This document shows, piece after piece, positions 38,204-46,611 of a DNA stretch of 64,000 bases. The number at the start of each line of letters is the position of its first letter. Position 1 is the first letter of the stretch. The position numbers and the translations under genes were made by a program. Origin of the DNA: Calditrichales bacterium (lineage in GTDB: Bacteria > Calditrichota > Calditrichia > Calditrichales > J004); assembly GCA_965267575.1 (NCBI GenBank), contig OZ254086.1, positions 3,744,001 through 3,808,000 of the forward strand. Direction: 5' to 3'. The notes under the pieces are model-generated. The model was given only the letters and a program-made list of their open reading frames with translations, did no database searches and was not told the origin of the DNA.

Positions 38204-41200
38204 TTGTCATTTGTACACCTGCATAGTCACACCCATTACTCATTACTGGATGGCGCCGGACGCATAAACCAGATGGTGCAGCGCGCCGCTGAACTACAAA
38301 TGCCCGCATTGGCCATCACCGACCACGGCAACCTTTTTGGCTCGGTTGAATTTTATAAAGCCTGCAAAGAGCAGGGCATCAAGCCAATAATCGGCTGCGA
38401 AGCCTATATCGCTCCGGAGCGCCGTGATCTGCGCGAAAAGGTGAACGGCGAACTGAATGCCTATCACCTGGTGTTGCTCGCTAAAAACGAAACCGGCTAC
38501 AAAAATCTTATAAAGCTATCTTCGATTGCCTTTCTGGAAGGTATGTATTACAAGCCGCGCATCGACTGGGAAACGTTGCGTGAGCACTCCGAAGGGCTGA
38601 TTGCCACTTCTGCCTGCATGAGCGGCATGGTGCCGTGGAAATTGCGCCAGGACCGGCGCGTAGAAGCTATCCGACACGCGGAAACATATCTGGACATTTT
38701 TGGTGAGGACTTTTATTTCGAGGTTCAGAATCACCATATACCGGAAGAAGAGCGCACCTATCCACTGGTGTATGACCTGGCTAGGGAAATGGGCGTAAAG
38801 GTCGTGGCCACCAACGATACGCACTACCTCAATCACGGCGATCACGAGGCCCATGACATACTGATATGCCTGCAAACCGGCAAGGACCGCGATGATCCCA
38901 ATCGTATGCGCTACGGCACGGAAGAGCTGTACATGAAATCGCCCGAAGAGATGTATAAGCTTTTTAAGGATCGCCCTGAGGTGCTGGAAAACACGCTGGA
39001 AGTGGCGGAAAAAGTTAACCTGGAACTGGACTTTAATACACGCCATCTGCCACGGTTTAAAATACCTGAAAGCGAAGGGCAGGTTGACGAAAACGAGTAT
39101 CTTAAGGTTTTGGCTTACCGCGGCGCCGAAAAACGCGGAACTAAACTCGATGAGACCGCGCGCAAACGTATAGATTACGAGCTGAGCGTCATTGAAAAGA
39201 TGGGCTTTGCCGGTTATTTCCTGATCGTGCAGGATTTTATAAATGCCGCGCGGGAAAAAGACATCCCCGTTGGCCTGGGGCGCGGTTCTGCGGCTGGCAG
39301 CCTGGTGGCATACAACCTGGGTATTACGAGTGTCGATCCGCTCAAATACGATCTGCTGTTTGAACGATTCCTCAATCCCGAGCGGGTGACCATGCCCGAT
39401 ATCGATATTGACTTTTGCGTGGAGCGCCGCGAAGAAGTCATCGAATATGTGCGTGAAAAATATGGCCGTAAAAACGTCGCGCAAATTATCACATTTAATA
39501 CGATGGCTTCCAGAGGTGTAATCCGCGATGTTTCGCGCATCCTGAAAGTGCCGTTAAGCCAGGCAGACACGATCGCCAAGCTGGTGCCGGTGGAGCAGTC
39601 TAAGCCGGTACCGCTGGAAAAAGCCTTCAACGAAGTAGAGGAATTGCGTGACCTGGCCTCCAGCGATGACATCCAGATGCAGGAACTTGTAAAATACTCC
39701 AAAACCCTGGAAGGGATCGCCCGCAATACTTCCGTTCACGCCGCCGGCATCATCATCGCCCCGGATGATATAACCAAATACGCACCTCTGTACAAGACGA
39801 GCGACGGGGAAGTATGCACGCAATGGACCATGGGCTATTGTGAGGAGATCGGCCTGCTCAAAATGGATTTTCTGGGCCTGCGCAACCTGACGGTTATCAA
39901 AAAGACAGAAGACATCATCCGCGAACGGCACGATCCCGATTTCAGCATCGAACGAATCCCCCTGAACGATAAAGATACCTTCCGGCTATTTGGCGACGCG
40001 TTGACTGTGGGGGTTTTCCAGTTTGAATCAAGCGGCATGCAGGAGCATCTGCGCAAGCTAAAGCCTTCGCGCATCGAAGACCTCATCGCCATGAACGCGC
40101 TTTACAGGCCCGGCCCCATGGCCTTCATCGATGACTTTATTGACCGCAAGTTCGGGCGCAAGGAAATAGAATACCTGCATCCCAAGCTGGAGCCGATCCT
40201 GGAAGAGACCTACGGCATTATCGTGTATCAGGAACAGGTGATGCGCATTGCTTCGGAGATCGGCGGATTCAGCCTGGCCCAAGCGGATTTGATGCGCCGG
40301 GCCATGGGTAAGAAAAAGCGCGAAGTGATGCTAGAGCAGAAAGAGATATTCATCAAAGGCTGCCTGCAAAACGACATTGAGAAAAAAACGGCAACGGAGA
40401 TCTTTGACCTTATTGAAAAATTCGCGGAATACGGTTTTAATAAATCACACTCCGCCGCCTACGCGCTGATCGCCTACCAGACCGCCTACCTGAAAGCGCA
40501 TTACCCCGCTGAGTTCATGTCGGCCAACCTTACCAGCGAGATCACCAAGCTGAGCCGGGTGATGACGCTGATGGAAGAGTGTAAAAAACTGGGTCTGACC
40601 ATTGAGCCGCCCGATGTGAACCACTCCTACGCCGAGTTCCGCCCGCTGGATGAAAAAACGATCGCATTTGGGATGGCAGCCATTAAAGGCGTCGGCGGAA
40701 ACGCAATCAACAATATTGCCCAGGCTCGCGACAACGACGGCCCCTTTAAGTCGCTGTTTGACCTGACGCAGCGCGTGGACCTGAGGCTGGTAAACAAAAA
40801 AGTGTTGGAAAGCCTGGTCATGGCCGGCGCCATGGATTCCCTGGACGGCCACCGGGCGCAACTTTTCAATGCCCTGGAAAGCGCCATCGAGTTTGGCCAG
40901 CAGGTACAAAGCAGCAGCTACCAGAACGAAAACCAGTTTAACCTGTTTGACATGGGCGGCGCTGAACAGGATCAGTCCATGCAGATCAGCGAGCCACCTT
41001 TGCCAGCCGTTCCGGAATGGTCGCTGACAGAAAAGCTAAAAAAAGAACGTGAACTGCTGGGATTCTACATTTCCGGCCACCCGCTGGAGCCTTATCGCAC
41101 GGTGATAAAGCTATACTCAACCAATCTGGATCGCTTGATTGAAGAAGAGAAGCTAAAGGAAGAAGGCGGCAACGGAGCCTCCAACAACGGTAATTCAAAC

Positions 41201-41731
41201 GGAAGGCGCAATGGCAAAGCCATACGCATCTGCGGACAAATCACGGATATGCGCACCATGTACGATAAAAAGCAGCAGCGCATGGCCTTTGTTAAGATTG
41301 AGGATTTTGACCGCAGCTACGAAGCTGTCGTTTTCAGTTCTGTTTATCCCCGCTACCAGGACCTGCTGAAGAATGACAACATTATTTATGTGCAGGGTAC
41401 ACTCAACTCGGCGCCGGATGACGGCACGGTGAAGATGGTTGCAGACCAGATATTTGCAGTAAACCAGGTGCCGGAACTTTTTACCGATGCCGTCTTGCTG
41501 CAACTGCGCCGTGACAAGCTGGACGATCAAAAGCTTTATGATCTGAAGCTGGCGCTAACTTCCAGCCCCGGCAAATGCCCGGTGCTGATTGACCTGGACT
41601 TTAACGGAAACGGATCATTACGCCTTAAGGCCGGACGCGCCTCGGTCAAAATGACGCTGCCCGTGCTAAAGCAGCTTAGCGCCCTGGTTGGCCTGGACAA
41701 CATCCGAATAAGCTGCGGTGAGCGGCGATGA
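38204..41731 (+). CDS. dnaE: DNA polymerase III alpha subunit
   Basis: FVHLHSHTHYSLLDG, GRGSAAGS, FERFLNPER..MPDIDIDF, GLLKMDFLGL and YGFNKSH. TTG start. Confidence 0.98.
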   Translation: MSFVHLHSHTHYSLLDGAGRINQMVQRAAELQMPALAITDHGNLFGSVEFYKACKEQGIKPIIGCEAYIAPERRDLREKVNGELNAYHLVLLAKNETGYKNLIKLSSIAFLEGMYYKPRIDWETLREHSEGLIATSACMSGMVPWKLRQDRRVEAIRHAETYLDIFGEDFYFEVQNHHIPEEERTYPLVYDLAREMGVKVVATNDTHYLNHGDHEAHDILICLQTGKDRDDPNRMRYGTEELYMKSPEEMYKLFKDRPEVLENTLEVAEKVNLELDFNTRHLPRFKIPESEGQVDENEYLKVLAYRGAEKRGTKLDETARKRIDYELSVIEKMGFAGYFLIVQDFINAAREKDIPVGLGRGSAAGSLVAYNLGITSVDPLKYDLLFERFLNPERVTMPDIDIDFCVERREEVIEYVREKYGRKNVAQIITFNTMASRGVIRDVSRILKVPLSQADTIAKLVPVEQSKPVPLEKAFNEVEELRDLASSDDIQMQELVKYSKTLEGIARNTSVHAAGIIIAPDDITKYAPLYKTSDGEVCTQWTMGYCEEIGLLKMDFLGLRNLTVIKKTEDIIRERHDPDFSIERIPLNDKDTFRLFGDALTVGVFQFESSGMQEHLRKLKPSRIEDLIAMNALYRPGPMAFIDDFIDRKFGRKEIEYLHPKLEPILEETYGIIVYQEQVMRIASEIGGFSLAQADLMRRAMGKKKREVMLEQKEIFIKGCLQNDIEKKTATEIFDLIEKFAEYGFNKSHSAAYALIAYQTAYLKAHYPAEFMSANLTSEITKLSRVMTLMEECKKLGLTIEPPDVNHSYAEFRPLDEKTIAFGMAAIKGVGGNAINNIAQARDNDGPFKSLFDLTQRVDLRLVNKKVLESLVMAGAMDSLDGHRAQLFNALESAIEFGQQVQSSSYQNENQFNLFDMGGAEQDQSMQISEPPLPAVPEWSLTEKLKKERELLGFYISGHPLEPYRTVIKLYSTNLDRLIEEEKLKEEGGNGASNNGNSNGRRNGKAIRICGQITDMRTMYDKKQQRMAFVKIEDFDRSYEAVVFSSVYPRYQDLLKNDNIIYVQGTLNSAPDDGTVKMVADQIFAVNQVPELFTDAVLLQLRRDKLDDQKLYDLKLALTSSPGKCPVLIDLDFNGNGSLRLKAGRASVKMTLPVLKQLSALVGLDNIRISCGERR

Positions 41732-42171
41732 AGGTACTTGTCCAGAGAGTGTCTCACGCGGAGGTACGCGTTGCCGGAAGCACAATTGGTAAGATCGAAA
41801 ACGGACTGTTGCTGCTGGTTGGTGTGGCACAGGATGATACGCAAAAGGAGATTGAATGGGTGGCTGAAAAATGTGTCAACCTGCGTATATTTGAAGACGA
41901 TCAGCAAAAGATGAATCGTTCGCTGCTGGATGCCGGCGGATCGATTTTGGCCATATCGCAGTTTACGCTAATGGCCAACACGGAAAAAGGGCGCCGGCCC
42001 AGCTTCATCGAAGCCGCCGATCCCGAAAAAGGCAATCAATACTATGAATTATTTGTGGAAGCCCTGCGCGGCCACGGCATACATGTGGAAACCGGCGTAT
42101 TTGGCGCCATGATGGATATTGAACTGGTAAACCGCGGGCCGGTTACCATAATGGTGGAGAGCAAAAAATAA
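41728..42171 (+). CDS. dtd: D-aminoacyl-tRNA deacylase
   Basis: VQRV, NLRIF, SQFTL, KGRRPSF and N.GPVT. Confidence 0.96.
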   Translation: MKVLVQRVSHAEVRVAGSTIGKIENGLLLLVGVAQDDTQKEIEWVAEKCVNLRIFEDDQQKMNRSLLDAGGSILAISQFTLMANTEKGRRPSFIEAADPEKGNQYYELFVEALRGHGIHVETGVFGAMMDIELVNRGPVTIMVESKK

Positions 42172-42917
42172 TGGAATGGTTACAGACACGCTGGGCCCGC
42201 TGGGGGCTGTATTTTCTGGTCTTCGTGATTTTTGTTTTGCTGATGGATAAAGTTGTAATGCCCTGGTATGTGGACCTGGGCGATGAAATGGAAATGCCCG
42301 ATGTGGTACAAAAGACACTGCCCGAGGCACAAAACCTGTTGCAGCAGCGCGGCTTTAACGTTATCATTGCCGATTCGGTGTATGACGCCCATTTCCCGGA
42401 AGGCGCGGTTGTAGAGCAAAACCCGATCGCATTCAGTACGGTAAAACAAGGCCGGAACGTCTATCTTACTGTGAGCATTGGCGAAAAACCGATCATTATG
42501 CCCAATCTGTTTGGTATTTCGCCACGTGACGCGGAACTAAAGCTTAAATCGCTCGGGCTCAATCTTAAAACGGTTCTCTATTCCTATTCGGACCTGTATC
42601 CGGAAGGTGCGGTTATCGGGCAGTCTTTTCCGCAGGGTCAGGAAGTGCGCAAAAACGCTCAGATTGTCATAACGGTGAGTTTGGGTGAATTGCCGTCGCA
42701 AAGACGCGTGCCCAGCCTTGTGGGCAAAAGCCTCTCTGCCGCGCGCCAGCAGCTAAATCAGTTGGGGATCAGTATTGGCGAGATCGTTTACGAAGAAAGT
42801 GAATCGTACCTGCCGCAGACGGTTCTGAAACAAAGTTTGGCCGAAGGCACACAGGTCGGCGAAGAAGCGGAGATCGACCTGACCGTGAGTGTGCTTAAAA
42901 AAGAGGATAATCAATAA
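42171..42917 (+). CDS. membrane-anchored PASTA-domain protein (3 PASTA repeats)
   Basis: N-terminal TM helix, then MPDVV, MPNLFG and VPSLVG repeats with V..Q. Confidence 0.9.
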   Translation: MEWLQTRWARWGLYFLVFVIFVLLMDKVVMPWYVDLGDEMEMPDVVQKTLPEAQNLLQQRGFNVIIADSVYDAHFPEGAVVEQNPIAFSTVKQGRNVYLTVSIGEKPIIMPNLFGISPRDAELKLKSLGLNLKTVLYSYSDLYPEGAVIGQSFPQGQEVRKNAQIVITVSLGELPSQRRVPSLVGKSLSAARQQLNQLGISIGEIVYEESESYLPQTVLKQSLAEGTQVGEEAEIDLTVSVLKKEDNQ

Positions 42918-43591
42918 TGAATGCCTATCTCGCGCCCTCCATTTTGTCCGCAGATATGTTAAAACTAAAAGAGCAACTGAAGATTGTTGAAGAAAACGGT
43001 GCGGATTTCGTTCACATCGATGTAATGGACGGGCATTTTGTGCCCAACCTGACCTTTGGCCCGTTTATGGTAAAAACCGTCAAACGTGTATCCCCGCTGG
43101 TTCGCGACGTGCACCTGATGATCTCCAACCCTGAAAAATATATCAAAGCCTATGCCCAGGCCGGCGCCGATATAATCACCGTACACCAGGAAGCCTGCGT
43201 GCATCTGGACCGTGTTGTTCAGCAAATCAAAGAGCAGGGCTGCCGCGCCGGCGTAGCGATCAATCCGGCAACACCTATATCCCCGCTGCAAGCGATTCTC
43301 CCCACGCTGGACCTGGTTTTGGTTATGACCGTAAATCCCGGTTTTGGGGGACAAAAATTTATTCCTTATTGCCTGGATAAAATACGCGCACTGCGGGGTA
43401 TGATCGATGAACAGGGTTTGTCCTGTCTTCTGGAAGTGGACGGCGGCATCAACAGCGAAACGGTGGCCCAGGCTGCTCTGGCCGGTGCCAATACTTTCGT
43501 CGCCGGTAATGCCATCTTCAACGCCGAAGATATTGCCACGGCCTGTAAAACCCTCAAATCCCGCGGTTCTATGCCCGCCAAAATGGTGTAA
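42917..43591 (+). CDS. rpe: ribulose-phosphate 3-epimerase
   Basis: APSILSAD, HIDVMDGHFVPN, DVHLM, MTVNPGFGGQ and EVDGG. Confidence 0.97.
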   Translation: MNAYLAPSILSADMLKLKEQLKIVEENGADFVHIDVMDGHFVPNLTFGPFMVKTVKRVSPLVRDVHLMISNPEKYIKAYAQAGADIITVHQEACVHLDRVVQQIKEQGCRAGVAINPATPISPLQAILPTLDLVLVMTVNPGFGGQKFIPYCLDKIRALRGMIDEQGLSCLLEVDGGINSETVAQAALAGANTFVAGNAIFNAEDIATACKTLKSRGSMPAKMV

Positions 43592-43599
43592 GCCGCGCG

Positions 43600-44163
43600 A
43601 TGTCCGAACTTGGCCGTAAAAGCATTCATATTTTTGCCAGTGTGTTGCCGCTTGCTTACCATTTTTATTTTACCCGGGAACAATTCATCCTGATATGTAT
43701 TGTTTTATCATTGCTGTTTTTAACGGCAGAAGCGGGGCGCGTATTTGTGCCAAAATTGAAACAGATTTATGAAATTTATTTTGCACCTTTATTACGCCGT
43801 GAAGAATTCGAATCCCGCTTTAACGGCGCTACCTGGATGGTGCTGGGCATAACGGCCGCCGTTTTGGTGTTTGAAAAATACATTGCCGTGCCGGTTATTC
43901 TTCTGGCCACGGTCTCCGATGCGCTGGCTGCCCTGATCGGTAAAAAATGGGGCAGGGCGCGCTGGGCAGGAAAAAGTGTGGAAGGATTTTTGGCTTTTTT
44001 GATTTCAGGGACGATTATAGTTTGGCTCAGTAATTTTAGTTGGCCGATTGCTTTTGCGGCCGCTTTGGGCGCGGCACTTGTTGAAATGCTGCCCATGCCG
44101 CTGAATGACAACATCACCGTGCCGCTGACCGGTGGAATTATTTTGGTTTTTTTTAACGGATAA
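43600..44163 (+). CDS. CTP-dependent polyprenol/diacylglycerol kinase family membrane protein (SEC59/DGK1/VTE5-like)
   Basis: RKSIH, SDALAALIG, GKSVEG and NDNITVP, with multiple TM helices. Confidence 0.82.
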   Translation: MSELGRKSIHIFASVLPLAYHFYFTREQFILICIVLSLLFLTAEAGRVFVPKLKQIYEIYFAPLLRREEFESRFNGATWMVLGITAAVLVFEKYIAVPVILLATVSDALAALIGKKWGRARWAGKSVEGFLAFLISGTIIVWLSNFSWPIAFAAALGAALVEMLPMPLNDNITVPLTGGIILVFFNG

Positions 44164-44169
44164 GTGTGT

Positions 44170-45144
44170 ATGAAGAAAATATTTGCCAGCCTGATTTTAA
44201 CGCTCTTTGTTTTTGCGGACGCCGATGCTGCTTCTTTTAAAAAGTATGCCGGAGAATTCCTTTACCTCGGTGCCGGAAGTCGGGCCACGGCCATGGGCGG
44301 CGCCTTTTCAGGCATCAGCAATGATGTAACTTCCGTTTACTGGAATCCGGCCGGGCTTACCCGGGCAAACGGTCTGCAGATCCAGTTTATGCACAGCAAG
44401 CAGTTTATCTCCAGCATCCAGAATAATTTCCTGGCAGCCTCGCACCCGCTTGATGAAAACTCTACCATCGGCGTGGGCCTGCAGTACATCACTGTAAGCG
44501 GCATTAAAGACAGCCGCCGCGCCTACGTGGAAAGCGAGGGCCGTATCGACCCATCGCGCATAAGCCTGTTCAACACGGGTGACTATATTTTCAGCTTCAG
44601 CTACGCGCGCCGCCACAACGAGGATTTTCGTTACGGCCTCAGCGCCAAATTACTCTATCGCGACTACCACGTTGCCAGCGCCACCGGTATCGGTTTTGAC
44701 GCCGGCGCTCAATACGACTGGCACGATTTCACCGTTGCCGCCGTTGCCCGCGACCTAACCAGTACCGTCATCGCTTGGGATACGGGCGAAACAGAGCTTT
44801 TAAAGCCGTCCCTGCGCCTGGGACTGGCCTATGCTTTCGATCTTCCGCAGTGGAAGCTTGCTATTCGACCTGCTGTTGATTTTAACATTCTCGGTGAGGA
44901 AAGGGCGTATGCGGCACAGTATGACCTGGGTTTGCTGAGCGTGGACATGATGGCAGGAGCGGAATTTGAATATGCCGGTATTTTGGCTTTACGTGCCGGT
45001 GTGGATGACCTGCAGCGTTTTACCGCCGGGGCAGGTCTAAGCATCCCCAAGATGACCTTTGATTATGCCTTTACCGGATACGAAAACGAACTGGGCAACA
45101 TTCACCGCATTTCATTTCATTTGCAGCTGGAAGAAGTATTTTAA
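44170..45144 (+). CDS. PorV/PorQ-like (UPF0164) outer-membrane beta-barrel protein
   Basis: Signal peptide, FL..GAGSRATAMGGAF..ND...YWNPAGL and terminal DYA....LG..HRIS. Confidence 0.8.
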   Translation: MKKIFASLILTLFVFADADAASFKKYAGEFLYLGAGSRATAMGGAFSGISNDVTSVYWNPAGLTRANGLQIQFMHSKQFISSIQNNFLAASHPLDENSTIGVGLQYITVSGIKDSRRAYVESEGRIDPSRISLFNTGDYIFSFSYARRHNEDFRYGLSAKLLYRDYHVASATGIGFDAGAQYDWHDFTVAAVARDLTSTVIAWDTGETELLKPSLRLGLAYAFDLPQWKLAIRPAVDFNILGEERAYAAQYDLGLLSVDMMAGAEFEYAGILALRAGVDDLQRFTAGAGLSIPKMTFDYAFTGYENELGNIHRISFHLQLEEVF

Positions 45145-45175
45145 ATGAAGAATGAAGCGGTGGCAGTGAAGCGCT

Positions 45176-45201
45176 GAATTAATGGATTGTTGAATTGATG
45201 A
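45176..45201 (+). repeat. second GAATTGWT 8-bp repeat tract
   Basis: gaattaat-ggattgtt-gaattgat; 16 bp (attgttgaattgatga) are identical to 22047-22062. Confidence 0.6.
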
Positions 45202-45280
45202 CCTTTTTAAAAATGTGTTGAAACCCCACCTTAACGCCACCTTGGAGAAGAAATACAATAATCGTTTATTTTTCTTTTGC

Positions 45281-45365
45281 CTGAACACCTGAAAGCCGAA
45301 CACATGAACACAAGGCTCTTAGCACCTTAACACTTTAACACCTCAAAACCATAACACAATGACAC
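45281..45365 (-). repeat. degenerate tandem 8-bp repeat GTGTTAAR (six in-register units plus three scattered)
   Basis: Plus strand cttagcac-cttaacac-tttaacac-ctcaaaac-cataacac-aatgacac at 45318-45365, and ctgaacac, ccgaacac, atgaacac upstream. Confidence 0.7.
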
Positions 45366-45366
45366 T

Positions 45367-46611
45367 TCACTTCCCGTTAACCAGCTTCTCCAGCCGGCCA
45401 ATGCTGTTGCTGCCGGGAAATTGCTCCTTCAGCAAGTTCAGTGTTTTCCGCGCTTCCTCTCCATCTCCGGCCTGCACATAGAGTTCCACGGCGTTGGCGA
45501 GGTAACCAACGGCCTGATCCGGGGACGCACTGTAAGACGCCAGCATGACATAACTGCGCGCCGCCTTGTCCTGCATTTTAAAGTGCTTTTGCTGTAATTC
45601 AATCATGGCTGTTAGCGCTTTGATGATGCTGGCGGTGTCAGAAGAGGTCTCGACCAGCTCGCTGTACATGGCCAGCGCTTCTTCCTTTGAGCCTACGCTG
45701 CTGCTTAGTTGCGCCAGGCGCAGGTGCGCCGCATCGCTATGGGTTCCTTCCGGAAAGGTGCGTACATAGACGCGATACTGCGTAAGTGCTTCCTTTTTGT
45801 CTTTCAGATCGTTGTCATACAGCAAAGCCAGCCTGTATTGTGCTTCTCCGGCATATTCGCTGTCCGGATTACGGTTGATAACATCCACCAGAAGGTTACG
45901 GGCCACGGCCGGTTTACCCATTTTTTTGTTAAGTATCCAAGCCATGCGTAATGAACTGCGGCTATGAAACGGCGAATCGGGAAACATTTCCGTTATCAGT
46001 CTGTAATTGAGCAGCGCCTCATGAAACAATCCCGAACGCTCCTGAAAACCGGCCTGCCAAAACAACACGGCATCGTGGTGCTTGGCATTGTCTTTAAACA
46101 ATATCCTGAAATTTTCACACTCTTTGAGCCCATAAGCCGGGATAAACCTGTACTCCAGTTCCTGAAGAAAGGCAATAAAATTGGCATAAGAAAGGCGCAG
46201 ATCAGGCTCCGGCTGATAGACATCCAGCCCGGACATGATCTTGTTAACATCCGTTGCCGGGCCCCATTCCACATGGTAGGTCAGCAAAGAGTCGATCTGG
46301 CGGTAGACACGGTCTGCTTCTTCGCTGTCGTTATAGAGATGATAGAGCTTAAGTCCGGCCACAAAGGCTTGCTCATGCTTCCCGTTTTTTAGTGCCGCGT
46401 CGACAATACGCGACAAAACGACGGAGCTGAGCGATGCCTGCGGGTAATAACGCGCATAAAGCTCCAGCGCTTTGGCATAAGCCTCTTCATCTATCACCAG
46501 CGTATCGCTTTCCAGCCGGATCAGTGCCTGCTCCAGACGCTCCTGCAGGCTCTGGGAAAAGGCCAGACAGGGCAATAGCACAATCAGGCCAAACAGATAT
46601 TTATAACGCAT
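45367..46611 (-). CDS. exported TPR protein (BamD/CpoB-like repeats)
   Basis: Signal peptide MRYKYLFGLIVLLPCLAFS. Repeats ending FPDSPF, NPDSEYA, FPEGTHS and FPGS. Confidence 0.75.
   Translation of the reverse strand: MRYKYLFGLIVLLPCLAFSQSLQERLEQALIRLESDTLVIDEEAYAKALELYARYYPQASLSSVVLSRIVDAALKNGKHEQAFVAGLKLYHLYNDSEEADRVYRQIDSLLTYHVEWGPATDVNKIMSGLDVYQPEPDLRLSYANFIAFLQELEYRFIPAYGLKECENFRILFKDNAKHHDAVLFWQAGFQERSGLFHEALLNYRLITEMFPDSPFHSRSSLRMAWILNKKMGKPAVARNLLVDVINRNPDSEYAGEAQYRLALLYDNDLKDKKEALTQYRVYVRTFPEGTHSDAAHLRLAQLSSSVGSKEEALAMYSELVETSSDTASIIKALTAMIELQQKHFKMQDKAARSYVMLASYSASPDQAVGYLANAVELYVQAGDGEEARKTLNLLKEQFPGSNSIGRLEKLVNGK

Noticed and set aside
38204..41731. Intein in dnaE (also checked dnaB and sufB)
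   Set aside because: Protein lengths are normal, with no C..HN-C/S/T splice junctions or LAGLIDADG motifs.
45281..45365. Possible CRISPR array
   Set aside because: Units are 8 bp, degenerate and have no spacers. No cas genes are in the window.
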